Below, one piece after another: positions 26,568-41,300 of a stretch of 64,000 nucleotides of DNA. Under the pieces are notes generated by a model, which worked only from the letters and a program-made list of their open reading frames with translations, had not been told where the DNA came from and searched no databases. The first letter of the stretch is position 1; every line of letters starts with the position of its first letter. Position numbers and translations under genes: made by a program. The DNA comes from Patellaria atrata CBS 101060 (lineage: Eukaryota). The stretch is from assembly GCA_010093705.1 (NCBI GenBank), contig MU006092.1, positions 316,623 through 380,622 of the forward strand. Direction: 5' to 3'.

Positions 26568-29500
26568 GGTGAGAATTGAGGATGTTAAGTCTCTAAAGAA
26601 CTTCCGGTTCTAGACGTAGGCAGGTGGTGAGACCAACATGGAGATCAATCGGCCGAATTAGGTAGCCGTCGGTGTCAGGTGATGGACGGTTGGAGTGAAG
26701 TAGGACGTTTGTCGAATGATTCCAAGTTACTGTAGGTTGTTGCACTTTGGTGAATGGTCCTAAGTTGTGAGCAAAGTAAGGTAATTCAACAGAAGAGCGG
26801 GTTTACTACGGTAGGGTCTGTTTATGGACAGTCAGTTAATTGTTGTGCTTTCAGGTGAAAGAATGTGCCTGCCCACCTTGGGAAGTTGACAAGAATGCAA
26901 GTGCTATCCAGATGCACCGCAACTCAATGTTCGATCTAGATGGCGGAAAGTCACGTATCCGTAATTCTAATTCACCTTACTCCCTACGGTAGGTAAGGCA
27001 GACGGTAAAATCTTTTGAAGTAAATTCCCACTAAGATCCTTCTAGTTTTCTCCAGGCGTTTGTCGTCTCAGACGTCGTTCAATTTGATGCCCAGCCCTTC
27101 GCGATCTCTTCTACGTCTTTCCCATACGCGGTAGTGCCAGAATATGCAACGTGACGGCCCGCCCCCTCGATATGCAAATCTTCTATGATAACTTTTACAA
27201 ATTATTATTCCTCAAATGCCTTATACTCGTCAATTAACCCCGAAACGAACTGGAAAAATGCTGTTGGTACCTGAAACGGGTGTTCGTACTAGGACCAAGC
27301 TCCAGAAACGAGTCTGATACCGGGTTAGAAGTTTCGAGCCGACACTGGTAAAATATCGCGTGGAAGTTTGGGATTCCTTCGTCACACACAAAAACTGTTT
27401 CAGTCCACTCGACAGACTGTTTAAATCGCTCCGGGAAGATATCTTGCTGAAAGGTCCCAGGTTCAATTGAGAGGAAAAGGTTCCTAAAGGCTATGATCCA
27501 AGCAAGAGCTCTGCAGCTGTCCTGTATTAAGGGCGACTCAATGCACACTCCGGGTGCTCGAAACTCGAATTCGGTTCGACCAAATAATGAAGAGATGGCA
27601 GCCAACACGTAGGTGCAAGTCAAATCAAAAGATTTCACGATTGCAGAACGTGGGCGAGGTTGAGATGATAACGAAGGGACCAAGGGACCGCACGAGCATT
27701 CGACATGTTATTTCCACTTGGGCCACATTGGCACCCGTTCTCCCTAGAGACAATTTTCAAACCCTCGACCCCAGTCAGCCATCAAAGCAACCCTTGGATC
27801 CTTTGATGGACCATCATGGCCATGACACGTCTAGCGTACTCATGGGTTTGAGCCAGTAGGCTGGTTGGAGAGACGCCACAATCATATCCAATCCTCTAGC
27901 TTCCAGCGACCCCTCGTGCAGTACGTCTTACACAATCGGCCGTCAATACTTTCAAGCAAGCCGTTAACAACGGTCAGGATACTACAGTACAGTATGCTTT
28001 TGAGTGGGGGATGTGCCTGGGTTGACAGACCTTTCCTACAACCGTTTAGCCTGTTCTAGAAAACATTTTTCATACATGATTCTGCAAGTCTACAGGAGAT
28101 TCGTTATTCCAAGTCAATTGATGCTCAGGAAACTCGAACTTCGACCTGAGCCCGAAGGATGCCACCCGGGTTATCTTCGCCCAAAGGCCTAGCATCTCTT
28201 TTTTTGCTCGATAGCGGGATAAGGAGATCAATCCATCCAGCCATCTAAGCCAAAAGAACTGAAGACGTTCCTCTCATGCATTATCACGGAAGAGCTAAAC
28301 CTGTAAGGGCAGAGCTAGATACTAGTGGAAAAGTACTAAACACGACCCGTCAGACCTTTGAATCTTTGACCGAGTGCCGGCCTGTAGGCGAGATGCAGCC
28401 TATCCCCCCCCCCGAATTTTTGTGATTCGTTGCAGGACAGCAGGGTTCTCCACGGGGCCAAGGAGGCCTCCCACGACTCCACGAGCTTTGCCGTTCAGGT
28501 ACCAAACTGTCCCTTGCGTCTTACCAAGTCAAGGCGGGCTTGCACCTCTTGAGCAAAGCCATGACGATAACTAGTCGCGCCAACTTTGCGCCCAAGAATC
28601 GCATCACAGCAACACAGCGTGCACCAACATTTGAACAATTTCCGATCTTACTGGGGACAACTCCAAGAGGAAAGAGCATTGTTCAAACTATAACAGTATA
28701 ACCATCCTCCGACGAGGTTACGATAGAAATTTGCCAGATGGACCTTCGAAAGGTGCCTAAATAACACTGTACCTGCAGTACGCAAGGACAGCTTCCATTC
28801 ATGGTAGAATGAAGACATCTGTTCGATATTGCTACAATTTTAGCAACCCTTGTGACACCAGGTTCAATAATACTTGAGAAAGCATCACTCCAGTCGCACC
28901 CTGTATCAACAATTGGAACGCTGTCTTTCTCCCCCCTCTTCCAGCATCAGATATCGTTGTTATGCAGGAGTCGTCCATTTCTTTCTTAATCGAGAGTCCT
29001 CGTGATTTGCTGCATCTGTGGTGCTTCCTTCTCCTTTGTTCTACGCGTGCTAATGGTTTAACTTCTGTTGTGAGCTTGACTGCCACAGAGAGACTGGAGG
29101 TAATTCTATCCCCGCTCTGGAGCTCATAGTACTTCAAAGTCCTCCAAGGACAGTACTTTAATAAGTCAGTTCGATAAAAAAAAAAAAGCATTACGACCCA
29201 GACCCTTGGGTACCTCAGTGGAGTTCAGTGTGTACCTCTCTGTACATTGTGAAACTCCACCATCTCGCCGCGCACCCAACCGTCCTGTTAGTACCTGTCG
29301 AAGCTTCTACTACAGAGAATCAAAAGTTCAACCTCCACGCCTCAGTCGAATAGTTGAACAATCAACGACACTCTTAGTTGCTGATCTAAAGTGGGCCTCA
29401 AAACAAGTGGAGGCACGGATCAAAAAAGATTCAAGATTGAATCCGAAGACGTGGAGCAGTGGAGCAGGCTTCGTATTTGTTTACTTGATTGAAGAGAATA

Positions 29501-32500
29501 CGGTATCCCGTCACGACAATCTCTCAAACTGCATTCGTCATTTGCTACGACGTACATTCTTTGACTATCATGCTAGCCGCTCAAAGCGCGTAAGAGACTA
29601 CGAGTGCAATCTTTCCACTTTCCATCCACTGCTGATTCCACTCCGGTCGAAGAGCTGAAATCGGTGGCACCCAATAGCATTCCTAATGCTAACTGGATGA
29701 TTATAAGTTATAGTGTGAAACATTGTAGCGGTGCTAATAGTGTTACCAGCACTCTTTCTTTACTGGTGAATCTGAACTCACGCGATCTCGAATTCCGAGA
29801 CATTCTCCACAGATCCTTATGGTGTAATATCACAACACTCTGGATCCAAAGGCCTCCATTCACATCCGTTCGCGTGGCGATGCATTACAGTCGCGGGGTA
29901 AGAACGAGGTCATGCAACTTCAAGGACGATGATCTTTAATTGGTTCAAAGAAACCCGTCACTTGATGAAGAAAAGGGGATCCGAATGTACGCCTGGCTGC
30001 ATCCTTCTGCATTCTCCGCAGGAGGTTGATATCCGAGCCTTTGGGTACGTTTTCGCTTCATCGGGGAACGGCAATTGATTATTGATTTTCTTTTTCTTCA
30101 CGTCGATCAATTCAGCTACTGACTTACAGCACTCGATTTTTGTACGGTCGTTAGACGTACCCATCTGATCACGTCTTCGTTTCAGAATTAAGCCAATCCA
30201 GTGTCGAGAAAGAGAACGTTCTGGATGAATAACTGGTTGTATTTTTGCGCTCAAACGTTCCTGTAGGATGCGCTAACGACCGTAGAAAATCGGGTTGCTG
30301 TATCTTTGGTCGGTACTAATAATGCACGTATAAAAGTTTTAAGACGTACCATTGTTGTCGAAATACTTGTCGTCGTCAAGATATCAAGATTCAAGTCAAG
30401 TAGCTTTCTAACTTTTCATCAGAACTCCCCGTATAGGTGCTTTATACAGTCGATCATCATCTCTTCCACTCTCTGGTTAAACTGATAGGCTCGAGGAACA
30501 ATCCCTTCCGCAGACGGCAACTAGGGCCAACCCGTCTCATCCATACCGTACCCAATCATGCCAATCTTCAAAACCAGCCTCAAGATTAGCAATCGATATT
30601 GTGCGGATGAGGCGTCATCAAATCTCTTCAAGATAAACAAAAGCCGAGCTAAATCAGCTAAGGATCAAATACAGGAAATTCTACCCGGGTAAAGCTACTG
30701 CCTTTCACGGAAAATCAGTGATAGCAGCTAGAGTTTAGTAGAGAAGATACTGAATATCTTTTGTACGCGATACTCTACTGTAACGTTACATACAACTTAA
30801 CAAATATCTGAGGACATATCGACCACACATACAATAGAACTACAGTACTTTAGAAGTACAATCAGGCCCGCACTTTGAATGATTGATGCATGATTTCAAT
30901 AATCAAGCCTGTCCACATACCTTAAGGGTCTGAGGTTTTGACAATTGACAGTGGGCAGTTCACACGCGCATATGACACGGAAAAAGCAGCCCAAGTCTTC
31001 CGAGCGACTGTTATGATTCCGTAAAGGGAACCGCTCCGCTGTGAGGTTCTCAATCCGGTCGCGTCTTGCAGATCTTGAAGACGTTCAGGGGCAAATATTA
31101 CGCCAATCTGCTTCCCCGGCGCCAATACTGTCAGGCCCCTTGGCACGGGCGGGACCTGTGCAATTCGGAGAATTCTGCAAAAGAAATTCAAACAGGGACT
31201 CGGGTGAAGTCGAAATATTGGTTGACATCCGCAGTCAGTACTGTACTGCCACTTCGCAAGGTCTTTTTTTCGTGACAGACTGAACATGCAATTCTTTTCA
31301 AGGATGAGCAAGTACGATGCTCCTTTGAACAACAATTACCATACGAACTTTTCTTCTGAGGCGTAAATTCCCTGGTCCAAAGAGGTCTCGAAGGATCCAG
31401 AGAGACTGAACCATATTTCGTGCAGTCGTACGTAAGATCGATGATCGAGTACAAGGTACATGAGTTCTCTAGACTCTTAGGAACGATTAGAACTATCGTA
31501 AATCATCGAGGAAACCGCACAGGGTTTGGTATTCGTTGATGTAACATCCATGATTATCATGATTAAGGTAGGGAAGAACAGCTTTCGGACTCAACTTGAA
31601 GCAAGCTAAACAAAACAATCAACAATTTTTTTCTAAGTTTATCTCAATTTCTCAATTGCATATTTTCCAAATTAATACTACGTGTGTCCAATTAGATCAC
31701 CTCAATTCAACCATTTCTCCGCCGCTCATCGAAAATCAACGTTCGAATTTTCCACAGGGACAGGCTTCAACCGTTTGACTCGCAACAGTCGTAAGACGCA
31801 AAGGTTTCCTATTATCAAGACCCTGGCCTATAACCAAAGACTTTTAAGACTTCTTTAGAGGGAAGTTTAACCGCACGGCAACGATTTCTGGACTTCGATT
31901 GCGGAATTCGAAGTGATTATTTGTTGCAGACGGTCGATCATAGAGTTTATCAGCCGTCCCCAGCTCCATCCGGGCCGTGGAAGGGTCCTCAAAGGAGCAA
32001 AAAGCTCATCATCCGCCGGGGAACGATTGTTGTGGATTGATTGAATCAGATCGGATTATCACATGAATTGATTGAATTGAAGAGATCCTTGCTATCGATG
32101 GCAAAAGGAGCAAAAGTACTTCGTAGTGTTGTTCAAGTAAAGCAAGAAAGAAATATGCTCACTGACCATCCATCCTAAAGCTTAACGAGTCAACATTTGC
32201 GGATACCTGCGCATACCACAAAGTATCAGAGTCAGCAAGGCTGACCAATTTTCCACAACGTCAGAGCACCTTGTGGTGCATCCTCCAGTATGAAGCTACA
32301 AAAGCTAACAACCTTATCATCAAAAGATGACAACTGCAGAGAAGGTAATTTTAAGCATTGAATGTCGTCTATAACTGAACTACCGTACTGTACTTTCAAA
32401 GAATTTCTTATTTATTAAACTTACCCCAAACGCGTCTGGTCCAATAGCCCTTCGGCCCCCTCTCTCCCACACTATCACGACTCGCTAGCCGATAACTAAA

Positions 32501-34767
32501 TCCACTGCCGTTGCAATCGCCCCAAACCCGACGTCCCCCCACCCCGAGTCATCGTCGGTTCAGCATAAGGAGTTTGATATGAAGACGATAGCTATCAGAT
32601 ACGGTAACTGAATTTGGTGCTAGCAGTTCCACTTGCGATGGACCGATGTCTACCCCAAACTTTGACAACCACGATTCTCCTTTCCACCAGACTCAGGTCA
32701 TGGAGTCGAGACAGACAGGATGGTATCAAGTTTGGTACGCCAGAGAATAGGAGGTGCGACTACGGGAAGACATGTGCTCAGCACGCTCAGCACGCTCAGC
32801 TATCGTTACTATTTCGCTCGTCCGACTACTCACTCTCGCCATCATCCGCCGTCATACAGAATTGTCTCTCAGCCCTCGTGGAAAAGTGTGGAGATATACG
32901 CCCAGTGCCGTCGGCCCAAACCTGTCATCTATGACGGCGGATACTCGCTTCCATAACCATATCTCCACGAGGGAAACTAAGCCTTGCTAAGGAGTACTAC
33001 GAGCACCACGGACAAGCGAGGGGGAGTGGTAGCTCGGGACGTGGTTAAACGTCGTCAGGGGAATTAGACGAGAGTTTCCTGAATGGGGGTTAGGGCTTTC
33101 GGGTTTGAAGTTGATGCTTTGATAACGACCGACTGTGAATAAGTTAAGGTAGTTTCTGATATTGCGGTAACCGAAGTTCGGACTTGATTGGGAGACATGA
33201 AATTCCTACGCTACTTTCATGCATGGGTAGGTGCTAGTAGGCAGAGTATTGCCCTTTCTCTGTCACACCCTGTTCTACTTGGGATCCATAGCCCTTCCAT
33301 TATTCGGACGTCTTCTCTTTAATGATGGTAGTACAGTACTATCAAACCCAACATAGTAGACATAGCACACTCAATCGAAATGCCCATCACACGTTTCGAA
33401 TCCCAACGCTTCAATCAAGCAAACATTCGTTGTCCTGACTGCAGATATGAGGATATCTCACCACAACCACATTCCCAACACAAAGAACGAAATTGCTAAC
33501 AGTAGTATTTTCGGGTTATCGTCACGCGTACATACACCGCAGGTAAATATACAGTGCAGTACCGTGCAACTTCTGACATTGATATCGACATCGGAACTTG
33601 TGAACTAAAACCCTCCCCCGACGATCTGGGTGGGGATGTCCCCGTGGCCGAGCGGGTGTTATGTCCTCGTAGTGCTCTCTGTACTTGCGCCTCGAAGAGG
33701 ACAGAGAACAGGACAGTAGATCGACTCATCCCCTCTAGACGACCAACTAGAAAGTCATCCCCAGCGCCACGCCGACGATATCCCCCTAACATCTCCACTG
33801 TATCAAACTCCGCCACGCAACACATTTTCTCCGCGAAATATCCGAACCTCTTGATTATGAGCATACCGGTCCCCCCCGATTACGGCCTATGTGGCTTTCA
33901 ATTGCCTTTCTATCCATCGAACACCCCAAACACCTCACAACCACCTTCCCAACATCCCTTACCGTAATATCACCCCCCCCCCCCCTCCTCCTCCTCTTCT
34001 CCCTGTGTGATAGGACAGACAGCGGAAGGTACGGCGGGAGACTGTCTATCTGTCCCCGCTCTCGTTTGGGGAGTTTCCGCATCGTGCTTAGGGATAGGAG
34101 GAGGAGGGATACGGGAATTGTGGAAGGTGGGAGGTTTCAGTATTGTGCTTGGGTACGTTACTGAGCGGAACGAGGCTGTGGCGGTTGTTTTTGAGGGTTT
34201 CGTTGGTGGAACTGCTGGTGGCGGCGCTGAGTTGGCTGAGATGTTTGTTTGGGGCAGGGGGTATGGATCGAGGTTAAGGTGGGAGGTTGAGGGATTAGTA
34301 GACCTATCAGGCTAGTTGATGGTACCGTAGGGGGCTTTTACTTTCATTTTTGGGTGACACGTTGCGGTGCATTTGGTGGGATTGGTGAGAGGAGACGGAG
34401 GTCTGTGATGTTGAGAGTAATTTTATATATGAGTGATGTAGATATGAATGGGGTTTTATGCGATTGTTGCGCTTGAGTTTGTGGATGGGGTGTGTTTCCT
34501 GGTTGCGATTCACACTAAACTATATATGTCCCGGCTTTATATTGGATTCGAGATTTTATGGGTTTTTTTTTTCGGAGGTTTGTCTTCAAGAGTTGAATCT
34601 CGGTGTTATTTTGCAGTTTCTCGAATTTCAGGAGTACATCCCTAGAGAGCCTTTCTTTTCCTCTTGGATTCATTCGCAACGCAATTGATCGTTTGTCGCG
34701 TTTGCTCAATATCGCGTAGCCCAACAGATGCGGAATTTTGACGACACACTCCACGCGCTCCAACCCC

Positions 34768-35677
34768 CTACAAATCATCCATATCATCATCCCCCGACCC
34801 ACCACCATCCTCCTCCTTCTCCCTCCTCGCCTCGATCTTCCTATACATCAATCAGCAAGCTCATTCACCCCCCTCTCCCCCCCATCTTCCCACCCAACCA
34901 AAACAAAAACCCAGAAAAAGAAGACTCACCTCAACCCATCAACCACGCCGCCCAAAAACGCCCTCCCCTCCGCAACCTCCATCCCCCCGACCCCCGCTAT
35001 CCTAACCCCACCCCCCGCCTCCAACTTCTCCACCATCGCCCTCACCTTCGCCATCCGCGCGTCTCGCAGATCCCGCAACAGCCGCCTTACCGCGTCCGGG
35101 TCGTCGAAGTCGTCGGCAGCGGCTTCTAATAGTATTTCGCCGAGTTCAAGCCAGTGGTAGGGTAGTGCGTCGCTCGGGGCTGAGGCGGTGGATGAGGGTG
35201 TGAAGGGGGGGCTTATGGGGGTAGGTGTGGATGTTGAGGTGGAGGAGAGGGGTTTGAAGGACAGGTTGGGCGGCGGAGAAAAGGTGGATAACCCAGTTTC
35301 GAGATCTAGGATTTCGCCGAGAGAGGAGGGAGAGAGCCAGGGGGGTGGAGCTATGTTGGCGCGTTTTTGGCGCTTGAGGAGGAGGGCGAGCCAGAGGGGG
35401 AGGTTGGTGCGGTGGGGTGGGGTTAGCGGGGGTGTGGGACCCTGGTGGTGTTAGGTTTTATTGTTGTGGGAGAAAGAGGGCATAAGGGGGTTATTGTGAT
35501 GAGAGGAGGGAGATGGTTGGGGACGTACGGTATGGTGAGGTGAGGTGAGGGGGTTCAACTCACTCCTAGAAGCTTGAGTCCTTCGAGTCGTTGGCGTGGG
35601 ATTATGGTTACGAGCTCCATTTCACAGAGGAAGGCGATTTCGGGGGGTGTTAAGCCGGGTGGGAGTGGAAGGGCCAT
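34768..35677 (-). CDS. PSF2: GINS complex subunit Psf2 (missed by the ORF track because of splicing)
   Basis: Exons 35677-35564, 35441-34930 and 34840-34768 give [31 protein letters not shown]...[21 protein letters not shown]...[13 protein letters not shown]...[12 protein letters not shown]. Confidence 0.93.
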
Positions 35678-36001
35678 TTTTGGGAAGTCAGATATTGCGA
35701 TTGGGCGCGTTTTTGTGGGATTGGTTGTTGGAACTCGAGAGGGTTAGAGATGTCGTTGACATCGAGGTGTTATGCCGGGATTTAGCCGAATACAGAGTTC
35801 ACGTTTCTTGACGACGATGCTAGTGCTTATGCAAAGTTATATCTGACTTGCGTGAATTTAAGGCCCCCTTAGCCTACTTATTTTTTTATAGAGATGTTAT
35901 AGTTGAATTATGTGCGGGAAAATGAAACTCCCCACCTAAGGTTGACATCGGGTTCGTTGTTGAAATATCAAGAGGACTATTAAATTTCTGTATGAGGAAA
36001 C

Positions 36002-37649
36002 ATGGCGGGAAATCGAATACTTCCGTTAGCAATAGTAGGCTCTACCATAGCTATACTCTCTGGGCAGTGGCTACGATTAGTCTCTCGTACGGTTCCGGGG
36101 CCATATCTTGTACGTTTCCTTGGAATAATACGTTCACTACCGTCAAACTCACCGGTAACAGGATGAAGTTTTTCATGTTCGACAGGCCCAACTCTATTGC
36201 AAGGGAAACTTCTCCTTCTGGGACCCCAAAATCACAACACCACCGGGCTTATATCTCATCTCATACCTTGTCGCTCTGGTAACTGGTCATTGTAGTATCC
36301 TAGCCCTTCGAGCCGTCAACTGCTACGAACTGGTATGTGTGGCAGTACTGAGCCTCGCAATCTGGCGAATATTGAAACCGAATGCTAAGGGAGGTCTCGA
36401 TGGTGTTCATGATGCTATCAACATCGCTCTTTTTCCACCTCTTTTCTTCTTTTCGGGACTCTATTATACGGATGTTTTCTCCACCGCCAGTGCTCTCTTG
36501 ACGTATAAACAGTTCCTTGATTCTGATACTACGTCTAATACCCTCGATATGATTGTATCGGGTATCATTGCTCTTTTGTGTCGGCAGACGAATGTCTTTT
36601 GGGTCGCCGTCTTTCCCGCTGGACTGGGTGTAGTACGGAAGTTACGAGGACTTGGCCCTCAGAACAGAATCTGGTGGGAAGCAAGAACTCTATATGAAAA
36701 GGGTGCTGGAGATGCCTGGGTTGAAGATTATGTAAGTATAGCATGTGCTCTTGCCATAGCAGCGCTCGCTAGTTTTGGCCCTATACTCCGCGCAATTGCA
36801 CCGCAACTTATCCTCCTCTCCCTTTTCGGCGCGTTTGTCGTCTGGAATGGTGGTGTCGTACTTGGTAGCTACATAATACCCCTATTATACATATGCGAAT
36901 CAACTAACTCATTATCAGGGGACAAATCCAACCACGTGGCAACCGTACATCTCCCGCAAATACTCTACATCTGGCCCTACATAACCTTCTTTTCGTGGCC
37001 TCTAATTCTCAATTCCATCCTCATCCCTTTCCTCACCGCCTTTACCTCCAACACCCCACCACGCGAAGCTATCATCCGGGCCGTAAAACCCCCACGTATC
37101 TCAACCATCGTCATATTCACTACCGTCGCTCTGGCAACCATCCACTGGAACACCATCATCCACCCCTTCACACTCGCCGACAACCGCCACTACATCTTCT
37201 ACATCTTCCGCCTCCTCCGCCTGCATCCAACCCTCCTCTACGCCGCAGCCCCCATCTACACCCTCAGCGCACACCTCGTCCTCTCTTCCCTCAGCGGTCC
37301 CTCAACCTCCCCTTCCCCGCCAGCAAACCCCGTCCCCATCAACTGCAAACCACTACCCGCCCCCCCACCATCTACCACCGCTTCCCCGATGCCGACAACT
37401 ACATCCTTCGCCCTAATCTTGCTGGGCACGACCGCCCTATCCCTCGTAACCGCACCGCTGGTCGAACCACGCTACTTCATCATCCCCTGGCTTCTCTGGC
37501 GCCTGCACTTACCGCCGCAGACCCGGGGCGCGCTCGTGCTCGAGACGCTCTGGATGGGCGCCGTCAATGTGGCCACGGTGTACGTGTTTCTCTACCGCGG
37601 GTTTGAGTGGCCCCAGGAACCGGGGAAGGTACAGAGGTTTTTGTGGTAG
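36002..37649 (+). CDS. ALG10: Dol-P-Glc alpha-1,2-glucosyltransferase Alg10/Die2
   Basis: PYL/DEVFHVRQAQLYC..WDPKITTPPGLY, RQTNVFW, GVVLG/DKSNH, HPFTLADNRHY, EPRYF and QRFLW. Introns 36110-36161 and 36865-36918. Confidence 0.94.
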
Positions 37650-38356
37650 TGGGGTGGTTACTGGGTTCGGGACTCTTGGAAGGATGGTGGGGTTCTGTGT
37701 ACTATTCGATTTGCGGTTGAACCTCGATTTTGTGAGAGGTGGTAAGTAGGGTTGAGAGGGGTTAGTGGATTTGTCGTTTTAAAGGTACGCGTGGCATTCC
37801 TCGGCCTTGTACTGTATAGTACGTCTGACAGATGACTGCGGCTGAACTGTCATGTGCGGCTTGTCAACAGTTCTTTACTCTCTTCCCGACTTGAGTCCTA
37901 AATACGCTTGGGGCTCCATCGTACTGTGCTGACTTTGGTACTGACCGTACAGTGGATGAGGAAGGCTATCACAGGGGAGGAGATAATCAGGGGTTATAGT
38001 GAACATTTTCCTTCACGGACAAAATTAAGTATAGAGAGAATAGAACCTCCCTGTACGGAATCGAAGATATATATCGCACCGTATAATCATCTTAGTGAAA
38101 GCTTGGGAATATCTGCTTATTGCGCTGAACTTGCTCACATCCCATCCAAGCTAACCAAAACGGTTATCATGCTCTCATCGATCGACTGATTACCCACGCC
38201 CCACACTGCTGATGGAACCGCACAGGGAAGGGTATAGCATGGAGGTGTTTTGGCTGTCTAACACACCGGCCAACTTGCGATCAGAAAATCAAGAACAAAC
38301 CCCATTCCCAGCCCACACCCCTCGAAGTCTCATGAAGCAAACTCCGCCAACAAACG

Positions 38357-41300
38357 CTAGACCCTAATTCTCCCTCCCACCCGCGCGGGTATCTCGTCCC
38401 CACTACTATCATCGCTCGCATCACTGCTCAATTCCAACACCTGCGGCGCCTTCTTCGGCGGTCTACCCGGTCTCTTCGCGCTCTCAACCTTTGGCGGTCT
38501 CCCTCTGCCCCTACCCCTTGAAGCCGACTGCGGGGTAGCGCTCACCGGACTCCCCGGGGCCTTTACGGACGCACCCCCACTCCCATGCTTAGGAGGTCTG
38601 CCCCTCGCTCTCTTCGCCTCGCCATTGGTCGGACTAGCATCCGTCGCAGCCGCACCCTTCGGTCCCACAATCTTGATCTTCTTTCCCTTCGCCTTCATCT
38701 TCTCCGCCAGACTCATCAGCTTGGCCTCGTTCGCTTTGGGTGGAGATTTCGGTCCCGGGCTGACGAAGATGGCGGATCCGGCTTCGGAGTCCGAGGATCC
38801 GCCGTCGCCGATCACAGAGTTCGGGCTCCCGACCCACTTTGCGGCTTGCTGCTTCGCTTTTAGGTTCTCCTCGGCAAGCTGTAAGGCGGCCTTTGTGGAG
38901 GCGGATTCCATTACTTTGGAAGCTTCACGGGCGTAGTGAATTGCGTCTGTGGAAGCGGAGGTGGGGACGACGGGCTTAGAAACAGGTGGAGCGGGCTTGG
39001 AGGATGGAGGGGCCGGTCGGTTGGTGAGGGTGGAGGTGACATTATCGGCTCTAGCGGGTGTGTTTATGGCTTGGAAACCGGAGGAGAGTGGAGGAGCTGG
39101 GGTGGAGGCCGCAAAATCGTCGTCCTCAAAGAGAGCGTCGATAACGCTGTCGTCGCTTCCGGCAGCGATGCCGCCTGTGCTGGCTCGTGCTGGACGGATG
39201 CTGGGTCTCTTTTGTGCGACGGGCATGGTTTGCCGTCGTTCTTTTTCCTCGTTCCTGGTGCGGCGTCTGCCGTCTTTGAAGTCTGGAGGTAACTCATCTG
39301 GCAGGTCATCGTCTTCTTCGGCACGTTTGCGTGATAACCATGCTAATGCGCGACGACCGGTAGTAGCATTTTGCTGACGAGCTGTAGTCTCATACATATC
39401 ATTCTCGTCTTCTTCATCATCGAGATCAGTCTCCTCGTAGCGAGCACGTTTGCGGTTCGAGGTTTTTCCTTGGGCAGTTGGGTCACTGGTCTTTTTGTGA
39501 TCACGACGACTTGTCCGGAAATCCTCATCATCCTCCACGCGATATCGAAAGATGCTTTCTTTCTTCTTTGGGGGTCCATCTGCTTTCCGTGCATTGGGGA
39601 TATTGATATTTGATTGGAGTAAGACTGGTTGTTCCGCACCATCTACATCTACCGCACCGTCGAGATTTGCGGCTGCCGCTCTTCTCCGCTCATCTCGTTT
39701 AGCGGCCAATTCCTTATCTCGGAACTCAAGTAACTTCTCGCGTGGAAGTTTGAGTTTTACCAATCTCCTTCGGCCGCGCATACGAGCATGCGCAATGATG
39801 TACCTTCCTGCCTTCTTCGCTTCCTCGAGTTGACGCCTCTCTTGAGCTTGTTGCCATTGTTTCGTGGCTGTATTGACCTTCTCTACTGGCGCTGCGGGCT
39901 TGTCTGCCTTATCGACTTTTCGTCTCTTGGGTGGTAGAAGCTTGATATATTCCCGGTCCTCTTTCCCGCCCTTACGCTTCTTGCCGCCTTCCGGTGGTCT
40001 TTGTGGTGGATTACTTGGCTCAGGGTAAAGGTAGGATTCATCTTCCATCTCCGCGTCATGTTGATGGTAAACGTCAGACGGCGCAACGAACCCTGAATGA
40101 TTGTATCCTGGGTCCTCGTACCCATTATACAACGGTAGATTGTCGTTCGATGGCATTGTGGTATCCATTTCGTAGTCTTCAACATCTTCTTCGCCTCGCA
40201 ATGCGGGATCAATCATCGAATTTGCCGCGTGTGGATGTCTAACACTCGGCTGTCCACTACCGAGAGTAGGGTCGATGGTGTCGTCTACGTCGTACTCAAT
40301 TCCATTCCCATTAGGAGGCGGATACGGTCCTTCTGGGGCTTCAGAAACGTATCGATCGCCGAGTGTAACGTCTTGCATCTTCGCATGTTCCGCTTCTTGC
40401 TTTCTCTTCCTGAGTCTCGAACTCTCCATCTCCTCAGATTCCTTTAGCCAGTTCAGATTTGAATGACCGAAATCAACAAGACATTCGACACTCCGTGCGT
40501 CCGCAACTTTCTTGGTATCATGTCCAAGCAGAGTACCTTTGGGTTCGTACGGTTTCTGCCGAGGATCACTCCTACATGCGCCCCTCGAGCAAATCTTCAT
40601 ACAATGGGGGCACTCCCAAAATCGATCCGTCATTATGGTTTGGGGCATTAAGTCGTATGCTCGCCATAGAGTCCCATAACACCAATATTTTTCACAATTT
40701 GTGCATACAGCCATCTTCCAGAGGGGATGGCGTTTAAGACATACGTGACAGGACTTGTGGTTCTTCAGGTAAGCCTCCGATTTCTTCTTTTTGGACTTTT
40801 TGACAGTACCGTCGTCATTTACGACGATTTCTTCTTCCGAATTCTCATCCTCATCAGGAATATTTGGGTTTTTGATATCAACCCAAGGTCGGAGTTTTAG
40901 CTGTTGTTGACATACTGCTGCGAGGGAGTTCTTGACCATCCGTGCTCTTTCTTCTGAGAGTGGTAGAGGGCTCTCTGGTGTAATTACACCTCCTTCAAAC
41001 TCGATGACTTGTTTCCTCCACTCTTCATACTGTTTATTTAAATCCCTCCATTTCCACTGTTCGACCCATTTTAAATCAGACAAACAACCACAACTCCTGC
41101 CCATCGCATAGCAGTCCATGCAAACGTCGTAGGGCTCTTCGATTTCACCACCCAGAGCTCCTGTACACGTCTTGCAGGTTAAGAATCGATTGAAAATGTT
41201 GCCACGACAGTATGCACATGTTACGTTGCTGTCAAATTGAAGATACTCAGGATGTTCCTTTGGACCATCTGGATTGAACGTTTCTGAGAGAAGAATATCC

